Assembly (NCBI GenBank): GCA_001275005.1 | Contig: JWZX01003339.1 | Span: forward strand, 1-60,223 | DNA from: Chrysochromulina tobinii | Lineage: Eukaryota | Reading direction: 5' to 3' | DNA length: 60,223 nucleotides | Shown here: in pieces, positions 1 to 9,636 of the stretch | Layout: each line of letters starts with the position of its first letter | How positions within the stretch are numbered: the first letter of the stretch is position 1 | Program-made: the position numbers and the translations under genes | The notes under the pieces: model-generated | Told to the model about the DNA's origin: nothing | The model's database searches: none | The model's input: only the letters and a program-made list of their open reading frames with translations

Positions 1-385
1 GCATTCACCGACGACGAGCCGTACGCGATCGTGCCCTGTGTGAGGGACGCCGCGAATGGATCTGCACCATACTCCACTTGTACGTGCAAGCCGAGCGTCT
101 CCATCCAGTCGATGGCAATCGGGACGACTGTGCCGTGCACCGCCATCGACGAGCCGCTCACATCAACGGTGCCCGTCGCATTCACCGACGACGAGCCGTA
201 CGCGATCGTGCCCTGTGTGAGGGACGCCGGGAGCTGACCGTAGTCTGCTTGTACGTGCACGCCGAGCGTCTCCATCCAGTCGATGCCACTCGGGACGACT
301 GTGCCGTGCACCGCCATCGACGAGCCGCTCACATCAACGGTGCCCGTCGCATCGACCGACGACGAGCCGTACGCGAACGTCCCTT
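1..385. repeat. Second array of the same 177/171-bp repeat (truncated by window edge)
   Basis: Same marker at 91 and 262. Confidence 0.95.
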
Positions 386-3300
386 GTATCATTGAATTGG
401 TTGCTCTCCGGCACACGGCGCCTCCCTGGAGGCTGCCAAAGGGCGGCGATTGTGGTGGCGAGGGCGGCGGCGATGGCGGCGGTGGCGAGGGAGAGGGCGG
501 CGGCGGTGACGGCGAGGGCGGTGAGGTTGATTGTGAGGGTGGCGGGGGCGATGGCGAAGGTGGCGGCGGTGAAGGGGACGGAGGCGGTGGTGACGGCGAC
601 TGGAAGGCGGAAGGTGGCGCCGAGCGAGGGCCGCAGTCGGTGCAGTCGGTGCCGTATACACAATTCATGAACTCAGCGCCGGGGCCTCCGTCGTCGCAAT
701 CGTTGTCACTGGCGAAGAAACACGTCTCCGTGCATGCACCGCCGGTTTGTGGCTGCGGAGGCGGCGGCGAGGGCGAGGGCGGCGGCGGCGAGGGCGAGGG
801 CGATGGCGGCACCGAGCGAGGGCCGCAGTCGGTGCAGTCGGTGCCGTATACACAATTCATGAACTCAGCGCCGGGGCCTCCGTCGTCGCAATCGTTGTCA
901 CTGGCAAAAAAACACGTCTCCGTGCATGCACCGCCGGTTTGTGGCTGCGGAGGAGGCGGCGAGGGCGAGGGCGGCGGCGGCGAGGGCGAGGGCGGCGGCG
1001 GCGAGGGCGAGGGCGGCGGCGGCGAGGGCGAGGGCGGCGGCGGCGAGGGCGAATGACTATGACCAAAGAACAATATACGCCTTACACGATCCTCGTCTGA
1101 AGCTGGCATCGGCGAGCGGGAGGGCAACAGGCCAGTTGTGTTGCTCACTGTGGACATGGTCTGCAGCTCGAGGCGCTGGCCGAGCGCATGCTCATGCACA
1201 GTGGCCTGAGCGCGCCGACCGCCAAAAGAGAAAGAGGGCGGCGATAAAGGCGGCGATGAAGAGGGTGAGCGCGGCGGCGGCGACGAGGGTTCAAATTCGC
1301 AAAAAACGTCTGCGCGCACGTGCACGGCAAGCGTCTCCATCCAGTCGATGGCAAACGGGATCACTGTGCCGTGCACCGCCATCGACGAGCCGCTCACATC
1401 AACGGTGCCCGTCGCATCGACCGACGACGAGCCGTACGCGATCGTGCCCTGTGAGAGTGACACCGCGAATGGATCTGCACCATACTCCGCATGTACGTGC
1501 ACGCCGAGCGTCTCCATCCAGTCGATGGCAGTCGGGATCACTGTGCCGTGCACCGCCATCGACGAGCCGCTCACATCAACGGTGCCCGTCGCATTCACCG
1601 ACGACGAGCCATATGCGATTGTTCCCTGTGTGAGGGACGCCGCGTATGGATCGTCCCCATACTCCGCTTGCACGTGCACGCCGAGTGTCTCCATCCAGTC
1701 GATGGCAGTCGGGATCACTGTGCTGTGCACCGCCATCGACGAGCTGCTCACATCAACGCTGCCCGTCGCATTCACCGACGACGAGCCGTATGCAATCGTG
1801 CCCTGTGTGAGTGACACCGCGAAGGGATCGTCCCCATACTCCGCTTGTACGTGCACGCCGAGCGTCTCCATCCAGTCGATGGCAAACGGGATCACTGTGC
1901 CGTGCACCGCCATCGACGAGCTGCTCACATCAACGCTGCCCGTCGCATTCACCGACGACGAGCCGTACGCGATCGTGCCCTGTGTGAGGGACACCGCGAA
2001 TGGATTGTCCCCATACTCAGCTTGTACTTGCACGCCGAGCGTCTCCATCCAGTCGATGGCAGTCGGGATCACTGTGCCGTGCACCGCCATCGACGAGCCG
2101 CTCACATCAACGGTGCCCGTCGCATTCACCGACGACGAGCCATATGCGATTGTTCCCTGTGTGAGGGACGCCGCGTATGGATCGTCCCCATACTCCGCTT
2201 GCACGTGCACGCCGAGTGTCTCCATCCAGTCGATGGCAGTCGGGATCACTGTGCTGTGCACCGCCATCGACGAGCTGCTCACATCAACGCTGCCCGTCGC
2301 ATTCACCGACGACGAGCCGTATGCGATCGTGCCCTGTGTGAGTGACACCGCGAAGGGATCGTCCCCATACTCCGCTTGCACGTGCACGCCGAGCGTCTCC
2401 ATCCAGTCGATGGCAGTCGGGATCACTGTGCCGTGCACCGCCATCGACGAGCCGCTCACATCAACGGTGCCCGTCGCATCGACCGACGACGAGCCATACG
2501 CAATCGTGCCCTGTGTGAGGGACGCCGGGAACTGACCGTAGTCTGCTTGTACGTGAACCCCGAGCGTCTCCATCCAGTCGATTGCAGTCGGGATCACTGT
2601 GCCGTGCACCGCCATCGACGAGCCACTCACATCAACGGTGCCCGTCGCATCGACCGACGACGAGCCGTACGCGATTGTTCCCTGCGTGAGGGACGCCGGG
2701 AACTGACCGTACCCTGCTTGTACGTGCACGCCGAGCGTCTCCATCCAGTCGATGGCAGTCGGGATCACTGTGCCGTGCACCGCCATCGACGAGCCGCTCA
2801 CATCAACGCTGCCCGTCGCATTCACCGACGACGAGCCGTACGCGATCGTGCCCTGTGAGAGTGACAACGCGAGTGGATCGGCACCATACGCCGCTTGTAC
2901 GTGCAAGCCGAGCGTCTCCATCCAGTCGATGGCAGTCGGGATCACTGTGCCGTGCACCGCCATCGACGAGCCGCTCACATCAACGGTGCCCGTCGCATCG
3001 ACCGACGACGAGCCGTATGTGAAGATGCCTTCTTGGACTTGAATATGAAAGGGCTCTGCGTATTGACCTGACGCACGCAGGCTCATGGGCGTAAGCCAAT
3101 CGCGATGTGTGCTGGAGACGTTCACCACTGCGACTGTAGTAGATGCTGTGCTGTCAAGATACCCGGTCACATTAGCGACTCGCGAACTCCCATCGTCGAC
3201 ATTCACGAGAACCTCGAGCCTCAGCGGAAAGGGGTCCCCATAGCTTGCGGTGCCGTTGACGGTGACGACAGGGATGAAGGGGTTGGTTCCCCATCGATAC

Positions 3301-5138
3301 GCAAATGTAAAAGGTGGAAACGCTATGGTAGAGAGGTCTTCGACACTAGTCAGCCGCCGGCCCGATCCATCAGATGGATCTGAATATCCTCGGCCAACGA
3401 AGAAGTCCATGTCCAAGTTGCCACTTTCTTCCATCAGATCGACGTGGTCGAAAGAGGGATTCACACTCAGCAACTCTGGCTGCTCAAACTCTGCGGCCCC
3501 TCCTACCTGAACTCGAAGCCCGAGGCTGAGCACGTCACGATCGATGACAACCGACTGCAAAGAGGGGATGACGTCCCTTACACGTTGGCGAATCGAAGGA
3601 TGGACCGTGAATCTCGCCCGCCCTCGTAGATCGGATGGAATCTTAATCGGGGTAGCGAAGGGCTGCGATGAAATGTGGATCTCGGTGAGGGGAGCTGCCG
3701 CCAACGGAAAAGAAGGACCAAAGGGCAGACAAGTACCATAGTACACTTCTCGGCCATCGAATCTGAGCTTGGACTCTTCATGTGCGCATTCAAATGCACT
3801 CTCGTTCTGAGAGTCCACAGAGGAGATGTTGTCGAGGTTCAGACCCGGGTCAGCGGATTCATGCCCAGGATTAGCATGCCCAGAGATTCGGAAGCCGAAG
3901 ACGTCTGATACCCAGCTCGGCACTGCGCTCGCAAGCGCCACGTGTTCTTCAAAGACCCATGTGTCGAAGATGCCAATGGCGAGAAGATGATCTTCTTGAT
4001 AATCTTGCTCGCTCATCGACGCATCATAGCCTTTGCGATTCAAGTCTTTGACCGTGACTGTCACGGGGAAAGCAAAAGAAAGTCTGAGGACAGACACCCA
4101 GAGGCGCAGCCCACATTCAATTGTAAAGCCAGCCTGCCAGTCAGCGACGGCCACGCTTACGAGGTTGGATGATGCAACCCATACCATCATCGTGACATTC
4201 AAGGTTCCATCGGTGCTGGAAATCGGTCCGTCGAGTGCACTCTGCACGATGTGGTGCCCATCGCCACTTGTCAACTTGCACGTCGCCGCATGAAGCCCGA
4301 AAGCGTGGGCGCGCCCATGGTATTCGAGCAGCCCAGAGGCATGCACACGAACGGAATCCGGGAGCTCATCGTTGAGGTGAGTAGCAACTCGAGTCAGTGC
4401 GATCCTCGGGTGGGCATTGAGGACGTCAAGCACCAAAAGGACGATTACGGTTGCCAGTGCCGCGGCCAACGTCGCACCGACGATGGGCCAAAATCGCTTC
4501 CGGTGCGTCGCCTGCACCTTCGAGAGCTGAGGCTCGATCTCGACCGCAACATCGAGCCGCGCGACGCCATCGCTGCCGGCGGAGCGGCGGTGCTGAAATG
4601 CTCGAGCACGCTTGGCAGCGGGAGCGGCGGGTACAGCAGCTTGCTTGGGGATGGATGCACCCAGCGCGGCATTTGGAGCGACAGCAGCTAGAGACGCTTT
4701 ACGGGCTGCTTTGGGGACTGCGGGCACGGGCTCGGGCTCTGGGAAGGGTGGCTTCCGGGGCGGGCGATCAGGAACGGGAAGGCCACAGCGCGGAGGGTCG
4801 TCCACCAGGATCGCATTGATCCGCTCTTCCATCCTGCACATCCACTGCAGCTCGGCGCTCTCTTCACGCGCCGCCTCGCGTCGCGGTGAGCGGGCCTCGT
4901 TGGAAGGGTCGGAAGGGGCGTCGAAAGTGGCGTAAGGGTCGTCGTCGGAAGGCGGAGGTGCTTCAGGTTCAGCCTCCGGTTTTGGCGGTGGCGCCTCCTC
5001 TACATCCGGCTCCGGCTCCGATTCCTCGTCCTGTGCCACAACCAGATCGTCCATTTGCGTGCTGGTGCGCATGTGTTCGCCGTGGCCGCGGCTCGGAAGC
5101 GGCGCCTTGCTCGGAAGCGGCGCCGAGCCTCCCTCCAT
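1..5138 (-). CDS. Large type II membrane/surface protein (3' end runs off window): acidic Pro-rich N-terminus, TM helix, 57/59-aa beta-rich tandem repeats, Ser-Pro stalks, two Cys-rich modules
   Basis: Manual translation of the minus frame is open from ATG 5138 (first upstream in-frame stop at 5301-5303) to position 1. It is absent from the ORF track because no stop lies in the window. RKRFWPIVGATLAAALATVIVLLVL at about 4425-4505; repeat ATGTVDVSGSSMAVHGTVIPxAIDWMETLGVHVQAEYGxxPFAxSLTQGTIAYGSSSVN; CTETCFFASDNDCDDGGPGAEFMNCVYGTDCTDCGPR twice; (SPSPPPP)n. Confidence 0.85.
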   Translation of the reverse strand, partial: MEGGSAPLPSKAPLPSRGHGEHMRTSTQMDDLVVAQDEESEPEPDVEEAPPPKPEAEPEAPPPSDDDPYATFDAPSDPSNEARSPRREAAREESAELQWMCRMEERINAILVDDPPRCGLPVPDRPPRKPPFPEPEPVPAVPKAARKASLAAVAPNAALGASIPKQAAVPAAPAAKRARAFQHRRSAGSDGVARLDVAVEIEPQLSKVQATHRKRFWPIVGATLAAALATVIVLLVLDVLNAHPRIALTRVATHLNDELPDSVRVHASGLLEYHGRAHAFGLHAATCKLTSGDGHHIVQSALDGPISSTDGTLNVTMMVWVASSNLVSVAVADWQAGFTIECGLRLWVSVLRLSFAFPVTVTVKDLNRKGYDASMSEQDYQEDHLLAIGIFDTWVFEEHVALASAVPSWVSDVFGFRISGHANPGHESADPGLNLDNISSVDSQNESAFECAHEESKLRFDGREVYYGTCLPFGPSFPLAAAPLTEIHISSQPFATPIKIPSDLRGRARFTVHPSIRQRVRDVIPSLQSVVIDRDVLSLGLRVQVGGAAEFEQPELLSVNPSFDHVDLMEESGNLDMDFFVGRGYSDPSDGSGRRLTSVEDLSTIAFPPFTFAYRWGTNPFIPVVTVNGTASYGDPFPLRLEVLVNVDDGSSRVANVTGYLDSTASTTVAVVNVSSTHRDWLTPMSLRASGQYAEPFHIQVQEGIFTYGSSSVDATGTVDVSGSSMAVHGTVIPTAIDWMETLGLHVQAAYGADPLALSLSQGTIAYGSSSVNATGSVDVSGSSMAVHGTVIPTAIDWMETLGVHVQAGYGQFPASLTQGTIAYGSSSVDATGTVDVSGSSMAVHGTVIPTAIDWMETLGVHVQADYGQFPASLTQGTIAYGSSSVDATGTVDVSGSSMAVHGTVIPTAIDWMETLGVHVQAEYGDDPFAVSLTQGTIAYGSSSVNATGSVDVSSSSMAVHSTVIPTAIDWMETLGVHVQAEYGDDPYAASLTQGTIAYGSSSVNATGTVDVSGSSMAVHGTVIPTAIDWMETLGVQVQAEYGDNPFAVSLTQGTIAYGSSSVNATGSVDVSSSSMAVHGTVIPFAIDWMETLGVHVQAEYGDDPFAVSLTQGTIAYGSSSVNATGSVDVSSSSMAVHSTVIPTAIDWMETLGVHVQAEYGDDPYAASLTQGTIAYGSSSVNATGTVDVSGSSMAVHGTVIPTAIDWMETLGVHVHAEYGADPFAVSLSQGTIAYGSSSVDATGTVDVSGSSMAVHGTVIPFAIDWMETLAVHVRADVFCEFEPSSPPPRSPSSSPPLSPPSFSFGGRRAQATVHEHALGQRLELQTMSTVSNTTGLLPSRSPMPASDEDRVRRILFFGHSHSPSPPPPSPSPPPPSPSPPPPSPSPPPPSPSPPPPQPQTGGACTETCFFASDNDCDDGGPGAEFMNCVYGTDCTDCGPRSVPPSPSPSPPPPSPSPPPPQPQTGGACTETCFFASDNDCDDGGPGAEFMNCVYGTDCTDCGPRSAPPSAFQSPSPPPPSPSPPPPSPSPPPPSQSTSPPSPSPPPPSPSPPPPSPPPSPPQSPPFGSLQGGAVCRRATNSMIQGTFAYGSSSVDATGTVDVSGSSMAVHGTVVPSGIDWMETLGVHVQADYGQLPASLTQGTIAYGSSSVNATGTVDVSGSSMAVHGTVVPIAIDWMETLGLHVQVEYGADPFAASLTQGTIAYGSSSVN
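1327..3020. repeat. Coding tandem repeat array, about 10 units of 177/171 bp
   Basis: Unit marker CCGAGCGTCTCCATCCAGTCGAT at about 1327, 1504, 1681, 1858, 2035, 2212, 2389, 2560, 2731 and 2908. Confidence 0.95.
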
Positions 5139-5317
5139 GTCGTTGAGTGCGCGAATGGCCGCCGGCAATGCAGAATCGTGCTTTTCTGCATCTACACTCT
5201 GCGATTCCCCTCCCCGCGTTTTCCCCACAGGGGAGGCGTGGGAGCCACCATTCACAATGAGAAAAGAGAGGCTGCTGCGATTCCATGCCGAACTGAAAAG
5301 TCAAATCACGTCAAAAA

Positions 5318-5360
5318 CAAGCCAAGTCCAGACTCAAGTCAAGTCAAGTCAAGTCAAGTT
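5318..5360. repeat. (CAAGT)n pentanucleotide microsatellite
   Basis: caagtcaagtcaagtcaagtcaagt. Confidence 0.9.
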
Positions 5361-6131
5361 AAAATCAATGGAGTTACGTTACACTTGTCCGCCTCCTTTG
5401 GGGAACCCTCCGGCGCGAGGTTTCGGCATTTGGGGGCAGACGCTCACGCTGCTCATGCGGCCGTTTAGCGCTCCCTTCAAAAAAATAGTCTCCTCGACCG
5501 CACCAGCGACCGCACTGACCACTGTCTGTAACGACTTACTCTGCTGATACTCTGCACTGTCTCCCCCGCGTCCGTCGGTCCGTGACCGCTTGTGTAGAGA
5601 TTCCTATTCTCGCATCTCGGATCAAACAGTTACATTGGGTACAACAAAGTCGAAAGTCTTTAGTCTTACGAAAGTCGGACTCCGGGACTCGACAAGAAGT
5701 GGCACACAGTTCGACTTAAGAGATAAGAGTTAGGAACCTAAGTTCTTCGGACCGGCACATACCACATTCAACATTGGGTGCCCAATCGGCACGCACATAT
5801 AAGACGAAAGTCGGACCGTCGTCTCGACAAGAAGTGGCAGCTGGCACTTTCACGAAGTCGCGATTAATTAATGAAAATACGCGGCGCACACTTTCGTGTC
5901 GGGGGGGGGTGGGGCGCATGCAACCGAGGAGGGTTCGACTCGCACACACTCGGCTACATTCGGCTCACTGGTGCGCGCGGTGCGTCTCGCGGCTTACAGC
6001 TGCGGAGGGGCTAACATTCTCGGTGAGTATATCTCCAATCTCGCATGTATCTCGCGGCTTCCACTGCCGAGGGGCTTACCTTCATCTTCTCGGGGAACGC
6101 GCGCCCCCTGGCGCCGGCGCGCGCCTCTCGA

Positions 6132-9100
6132 TCAGAGCTTTGGCTTGACCCGTGTGGCGTGCATCGCGAGGGTGAACGGCTCGTACCCGTCGCCGAGGAG
6201 CCGCCCATAAAAGCGCGGCGCCTCGGCGGAGCCTTGGACCAGCACGCGCAGCGGCGGGCCTCGGTCGGGGCGCCCCTCGCGCGCGCGCGCGAGGAGGGCA
6301 TGTAGCCGGCGGCTCTCGTCATTCGTGTCGGCCGGCAGGAGCGCGGCGCCGTCGCGGGCACCCCCCTCTCCGAAGAGGGCGCGTGTGAAGCTCGGGGCGG
6401 CCTGCGAGCCCACCCATAAGATGAGCTCGAGAGCGCCGTCGAGCAGGTAGACGCCAGCTGGCTGGATGTCGACGGCCCGCGCCATCGGGAGCTCGCGCGT
6501 CGTGACGGGCTCGGGCGCCGTGTCAGGCGCCGGCCCGGGGGGCGCGGGCAGCGCCGCGCTGGCGCTGCTTTCGCTCACCGCCGGTGAGCTGGGTGGACGC
6601 GCGTCGTGCAGCCAGCCGCTGCCCTCCGAGGCCAAATGGAGGACGTGCACACTTGGCACGAGGGCGCGGCAGACCAAGTGGGCTGGCAGTGCGACGAGGG
6701 CCGCCAGGCCGGCCACAAGCTGATCCGGCTTGTGAAGCGGCTCACGCGCCGCGCCGGGCACGAGCAGCAGCGCGAGCGGCGGCAGCTTCAGAATTGCCAG
6801 GGTGAGTAGCGGCAGCAGCTCGAGCGGCTTGGTCAGAAGGATCTCGGTCTCGGTCCGGCGCAGGGGGGGTGGGCAGAGCGGGCGCATCGCGAGGAGCAGT
6901 GCAGCGCACTCCTCCTGCACCAGCTCTGCTACTTTCGAGGCGGCCGTCGTGGCGAGGCGCTCGGCGCAGCGCTTGGCGAGCAGCGCAGCGACAGCGGGGG
7001 GGTGCACGGTGCGGAGTAGGGTCCCCTCGTCCCGCAAGACACGCAACGGCCGCGTGAGTACCCGGATCCGCCTCCCGCCGTCCGGCGCCGTGTAGAGCAG
7101 TGCCGTCTGGATGAAGACTCGGTCAGCGCTCAGCACGGCGCTCGGCGCACTCGACTTGTCCTTCGCGGCCGACCCTGACGGTGTGGAGGCATGCGCCAGC
7201 TCAAGTGCGAGCGTCGTGTCTCGCTGCGCCGAGGGCAGGTTGACCACGGTCGAATCAGCCTCGGTCTCGCGCGAGATGAGGTTCGTCACTTTGAGCCCTG
7301 CCGACGTGCGCACGCGGAAGACGCCCTCCGTGCCGGCCGGCCGCTGAGCGATCGAGCGCTCGACCCAACGTGAGACGCGCGCAGTCGCGGGCTCGGCCGT
7401 TGAGGCGCGCCCTCCCGCCGGCGCCCCGAACTCGTCGGCGAGTAACCACTCTCCGCCGGTGACCCACGCAAGCGGCGCGAGAGAGGCGGCGTCGACAAAG
7501 GCGTCGTCGCGGGCGGGGGCGAGGCACAGGTGCACGGTGACGCTCGCCGCGAGGCACTTTCGCGCGAGGTCCCTTATTTGGGGCGCCTCGGCGCGCGTCA
7601 ATCGCTCGAAGCTCGCCGCGCGCTCAGCGTCCGCGTCCGTCGGCGGCGGGCCGAGGGCCCCGGGAACGATGGCGCTGGGCATCATCGGCGCGCCGCCGAC
7701 ACGACGCTCGGGCATGCGACGCGTCGTCTTGGCAGCGCCATGGGTGGCGCCGCTCGCGGAACAGAGTAGCAAAGTCGCAGGCATGCCATCGAGCAGCTGC
7801 AGTACGATGTTCACAGCCGACGGGAGCGCCGCACGATCGGCCTCCGACGAGGCCGCCGCCGCGGCAGCCGAGGAGGCATCGGCCGAGCGCGGCGCCGCGT
7901 GTGCGAGCCGCTCGAGGAAGGCACGTAGGGCGGGTAGGGCGACGGACACGTGGCTGAGCGGCGGCGGCGTGTGCTTCGGCAGCGTGAGCAGCGTCTCAGA
8001 GTCCACGCTGATCGGAAGCGTGTGCGAAATGGGCGGAGGCGGCTCGGCCGCCGCGGCCGCCGCGGCTTCAGTCGCGTCTGCGGGGCTCGAGGGCGGAGGG
8101 AAGAAGTGGAGGTGCACATGCTCGTCGTAGGTGACGAGACCGACCCGCGTCGCTCCGCTCCCCCCGGACAGCTCCGACGCCGCGAGGCTCTCCAGAGCCA
8201 CAACGGCCGCGTCGCAGTACGCGCGCACCGCACCGCTCGCGTACGCGGCGGCCGAGGTCTCTAGAGCGAGCACCAGAGTGCGCGTGTCCGGGGTGAGAGG
8301 CTCGCGCATGGGGCTCAGGGCGTCCGCGATGTCTGGTGCACTATATTGGCGAGCCTCGGCGGTCGACAAGATGTATTCCACCTCGGGATGGCGCAGATCC
8401 GCGCGCGGCTCAGACGAGGGAGGCGGCGACGGCACCCCAGCCGCACCGCCGCTCCCCCACAGCCCTCGAAGGAAGCCACCGCCGCCGGCGCCGCCGGCGC
8501 CGTCGGTGCCGCTCGGTGTTGGCACGGCGGGCATTGGGAGCGGCAACTCATTCACCTCGCCGCAAAGGTTGCACTCCCACCGGCCAGAGTGCTCGTCCAC
8601 CCGAGCAAAGGCGTTAAGGTACGCGGAGCACGCCTTGCATCGCGCGAGAGTGGGGGTGCGCCCGTCGACGGAAGCGATCGTAGGAGGTGCGAGCGTCGCG
8701 AGGGGTTGCACTATGGCACCGAGCGGTAACGGCACCTTCTGCTGCAACGCCGCGCTCTCGCCGATCGCCGTAAAGGTTGTCAGCAACGGCGTGCCCTCCG
8801 CCGTCTGCTTCGCCCGCATCAGCGCTGCCGTCTCGACGGTCAGCCGAGGCAGCGCGGCCGCGTCGAGCTGCGCTGGCATCATCGGTCCAGCTGCGAGGCG
8901 CACGCCGATGCGCACGAGCTCCGGTGGAGGCGTCCATGGGGCACCGGCGCCGCCGATGGGCGCTTGCAGAGGGCCGCCGCCGTACTGCGGAGGAGCGCCC
9001 GAGCCCGGCGTCCCGAACGGAGGTGGGGCGCGCTGCTGCGGCTGCTGCAGCTGCGGCGGCTGGCCGTACAGGTTTGGCGGCCCATACGGGTTGGTAGGCT

Positions 9101-9392
9101 GCTGCTGCTGGCCGTACGCGTTGGGCGGCGGCTGCCGCTGGCCGTAAGGATTGGGCGGCGGCTGCTGTGCGTATTGCTGCGGCTGCTGCGGCTGCTGCGG
9201 CTGCTGCGGCTGCTGCGGCTGCTGCGGCATGTACGGCGGCTGCTGCTGCTGGCCGTACCCGAGTGGCAGCGCCTGCTGGCCGTAGGGATTGGGCGGCGGC
9301 TGGCTGCCGTCACCCCACTGGCCGCCGCGGATGCGGGCGACAAACACTGCCGGGCGCTCGCTGGCGAGCAGAGCGAGTATCAAAAGCGTCAT
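6132..9392 (-). CDS. SEC24: Sec24-like COPII coat protein (divergent) with signal-peptide-like N-terminus
   Basis: P/Q-rich N-terminus; LPLGAIVQPLA; Zn finger RCKACSAYLN...WECNLC; vWA trunk (RVGLVTYDEHVH); beta-barrel GTEGVFRVRTS and IQTALLYT..G.RRIRV; helical LELLPLLTLAILK; gelsolin-like GVYLLDG.LELILWVG. First ATG is at 9392 (the ORF-track start 9407 is GTG). Confidence 0.85.
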   Translation of the reverse strand: MTLLILALLASERPAVFVARIRGGQWGDGSQPPPNPYGQQALPLGYGQQQQPPYMPQQPQQPQQPQQPQQPQQYAQQPPPNPYGQRQPPPNAYGQQQQPTNPYGPPNLYGQPPQLQQPQQRAPPPFGTPGSGAPPQYGGGPLQAPIGGAGAPWTPPPELVRIGVRLAAGPMMPAQLDAAALPRLTVETAALMRAKQTAEGTPLLTTFTAIGESAALQQKVPLPLGAIVQPLATLAPPTIASVDGRTPTLARCKACSAYLNAFARVDEHSGRWECNLCGEVNELPLPMPAVPTPSGTDGAGGAGGGGFLRGLWGSGGAAGVPSPPPSSEPRADLRHPEVEYILSTAEARQYSAPDIADALSPMREPLTPDTRTLVLALETSAAAYASGAVRAYCDAAVVALESLAASELSGGSGATRVGLVTYDEHVHLHFFPPPSSPADATEAAAAAAAEPPPPISHTLPISVDSETLLTLPKHTPPPLSHVSVALPALRAFLERLAHAAPRSADASSAAAAAASSEADRAALPSAVNIVLQLLDGMPATLLLCSASGATHGAAKTTRRMPERRVGGAPMMPSAIVPGALGPPPTDADAERAASFERLTRAEAPQIRDLARKCLAASVTVHLCLAPARDDAFVDAASLAPLAWVTGGEWLLADEFGAPAGGRASTAEPATARVSRWVERSIAQRPAGTEGVFRVRTSAGLKVTNLISRETEADSTVVNLPSAQRDTTLALELAHASTPSGSAAKDKSSAPSAVLSADRVFIQTALLYTAPDGGRRIRVLTRPLRVLRDEGTLLRTVHPPAVAALLAKRCAERLATTAASKVAELVQEECAALLLAMRPLCPPPLRRTETEILLTKPLELLPLLTLAILKLPPLALLLVPGAAREPLHKPDQLVAGLAALVALPAHLVCRALVPSVHVLHLASEGSGWLHDARPPSSPAVSESSASAALPAPPGPAPDTAPEPVTTRELPMARAVDIQPAGVYLLDGALELILWVGSQAAPSFTRALFGEGGARDGAALLPADTNDESRRLHALLARAREGRPDRGPPLRVLVQGSAEAPRFYGRLLGDGYEPFTLAMHATRVKPKL

Positions 9393-9529
9393 GTAAGGAG
9401 CGTGCACCTGCTGTCGAGCTGCACGAGATATTCATACATGTGCAGTACCGGTACAATCTTAGAGGGTCCGCTACAGTACATGTACTCAAAAGCCTTCCTT
9501 TCGTTCTTTTTCCTATTCTGATGCGCCTG

Positions 9530-9585
9530 CCTACTTGAACTCGACTTGCACGACTTGACTTGACTTGACTTGCCTTGACTTGACT
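9530..9585. repeat. (ACTTG)n microsatellite in divergent intergenic region
   Basis: cgacttgacttgacttgacttgccttgacttgac. Confidence 0.9.
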
Positions 9586-9636
9586 GAAGACCGCTCAACA
9601 ATCGGCCTGGAGAAGGGCTGGTCAACGACGCGGAAG

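Noticed and set aside
1348..2535. Plus-strand repeat ORFs (MANGITVPCTAIDEP...) and 283-1056
   Set aside because: Antisense shadows of the continuous minus-strand gene; the plus frames are broken by stops.
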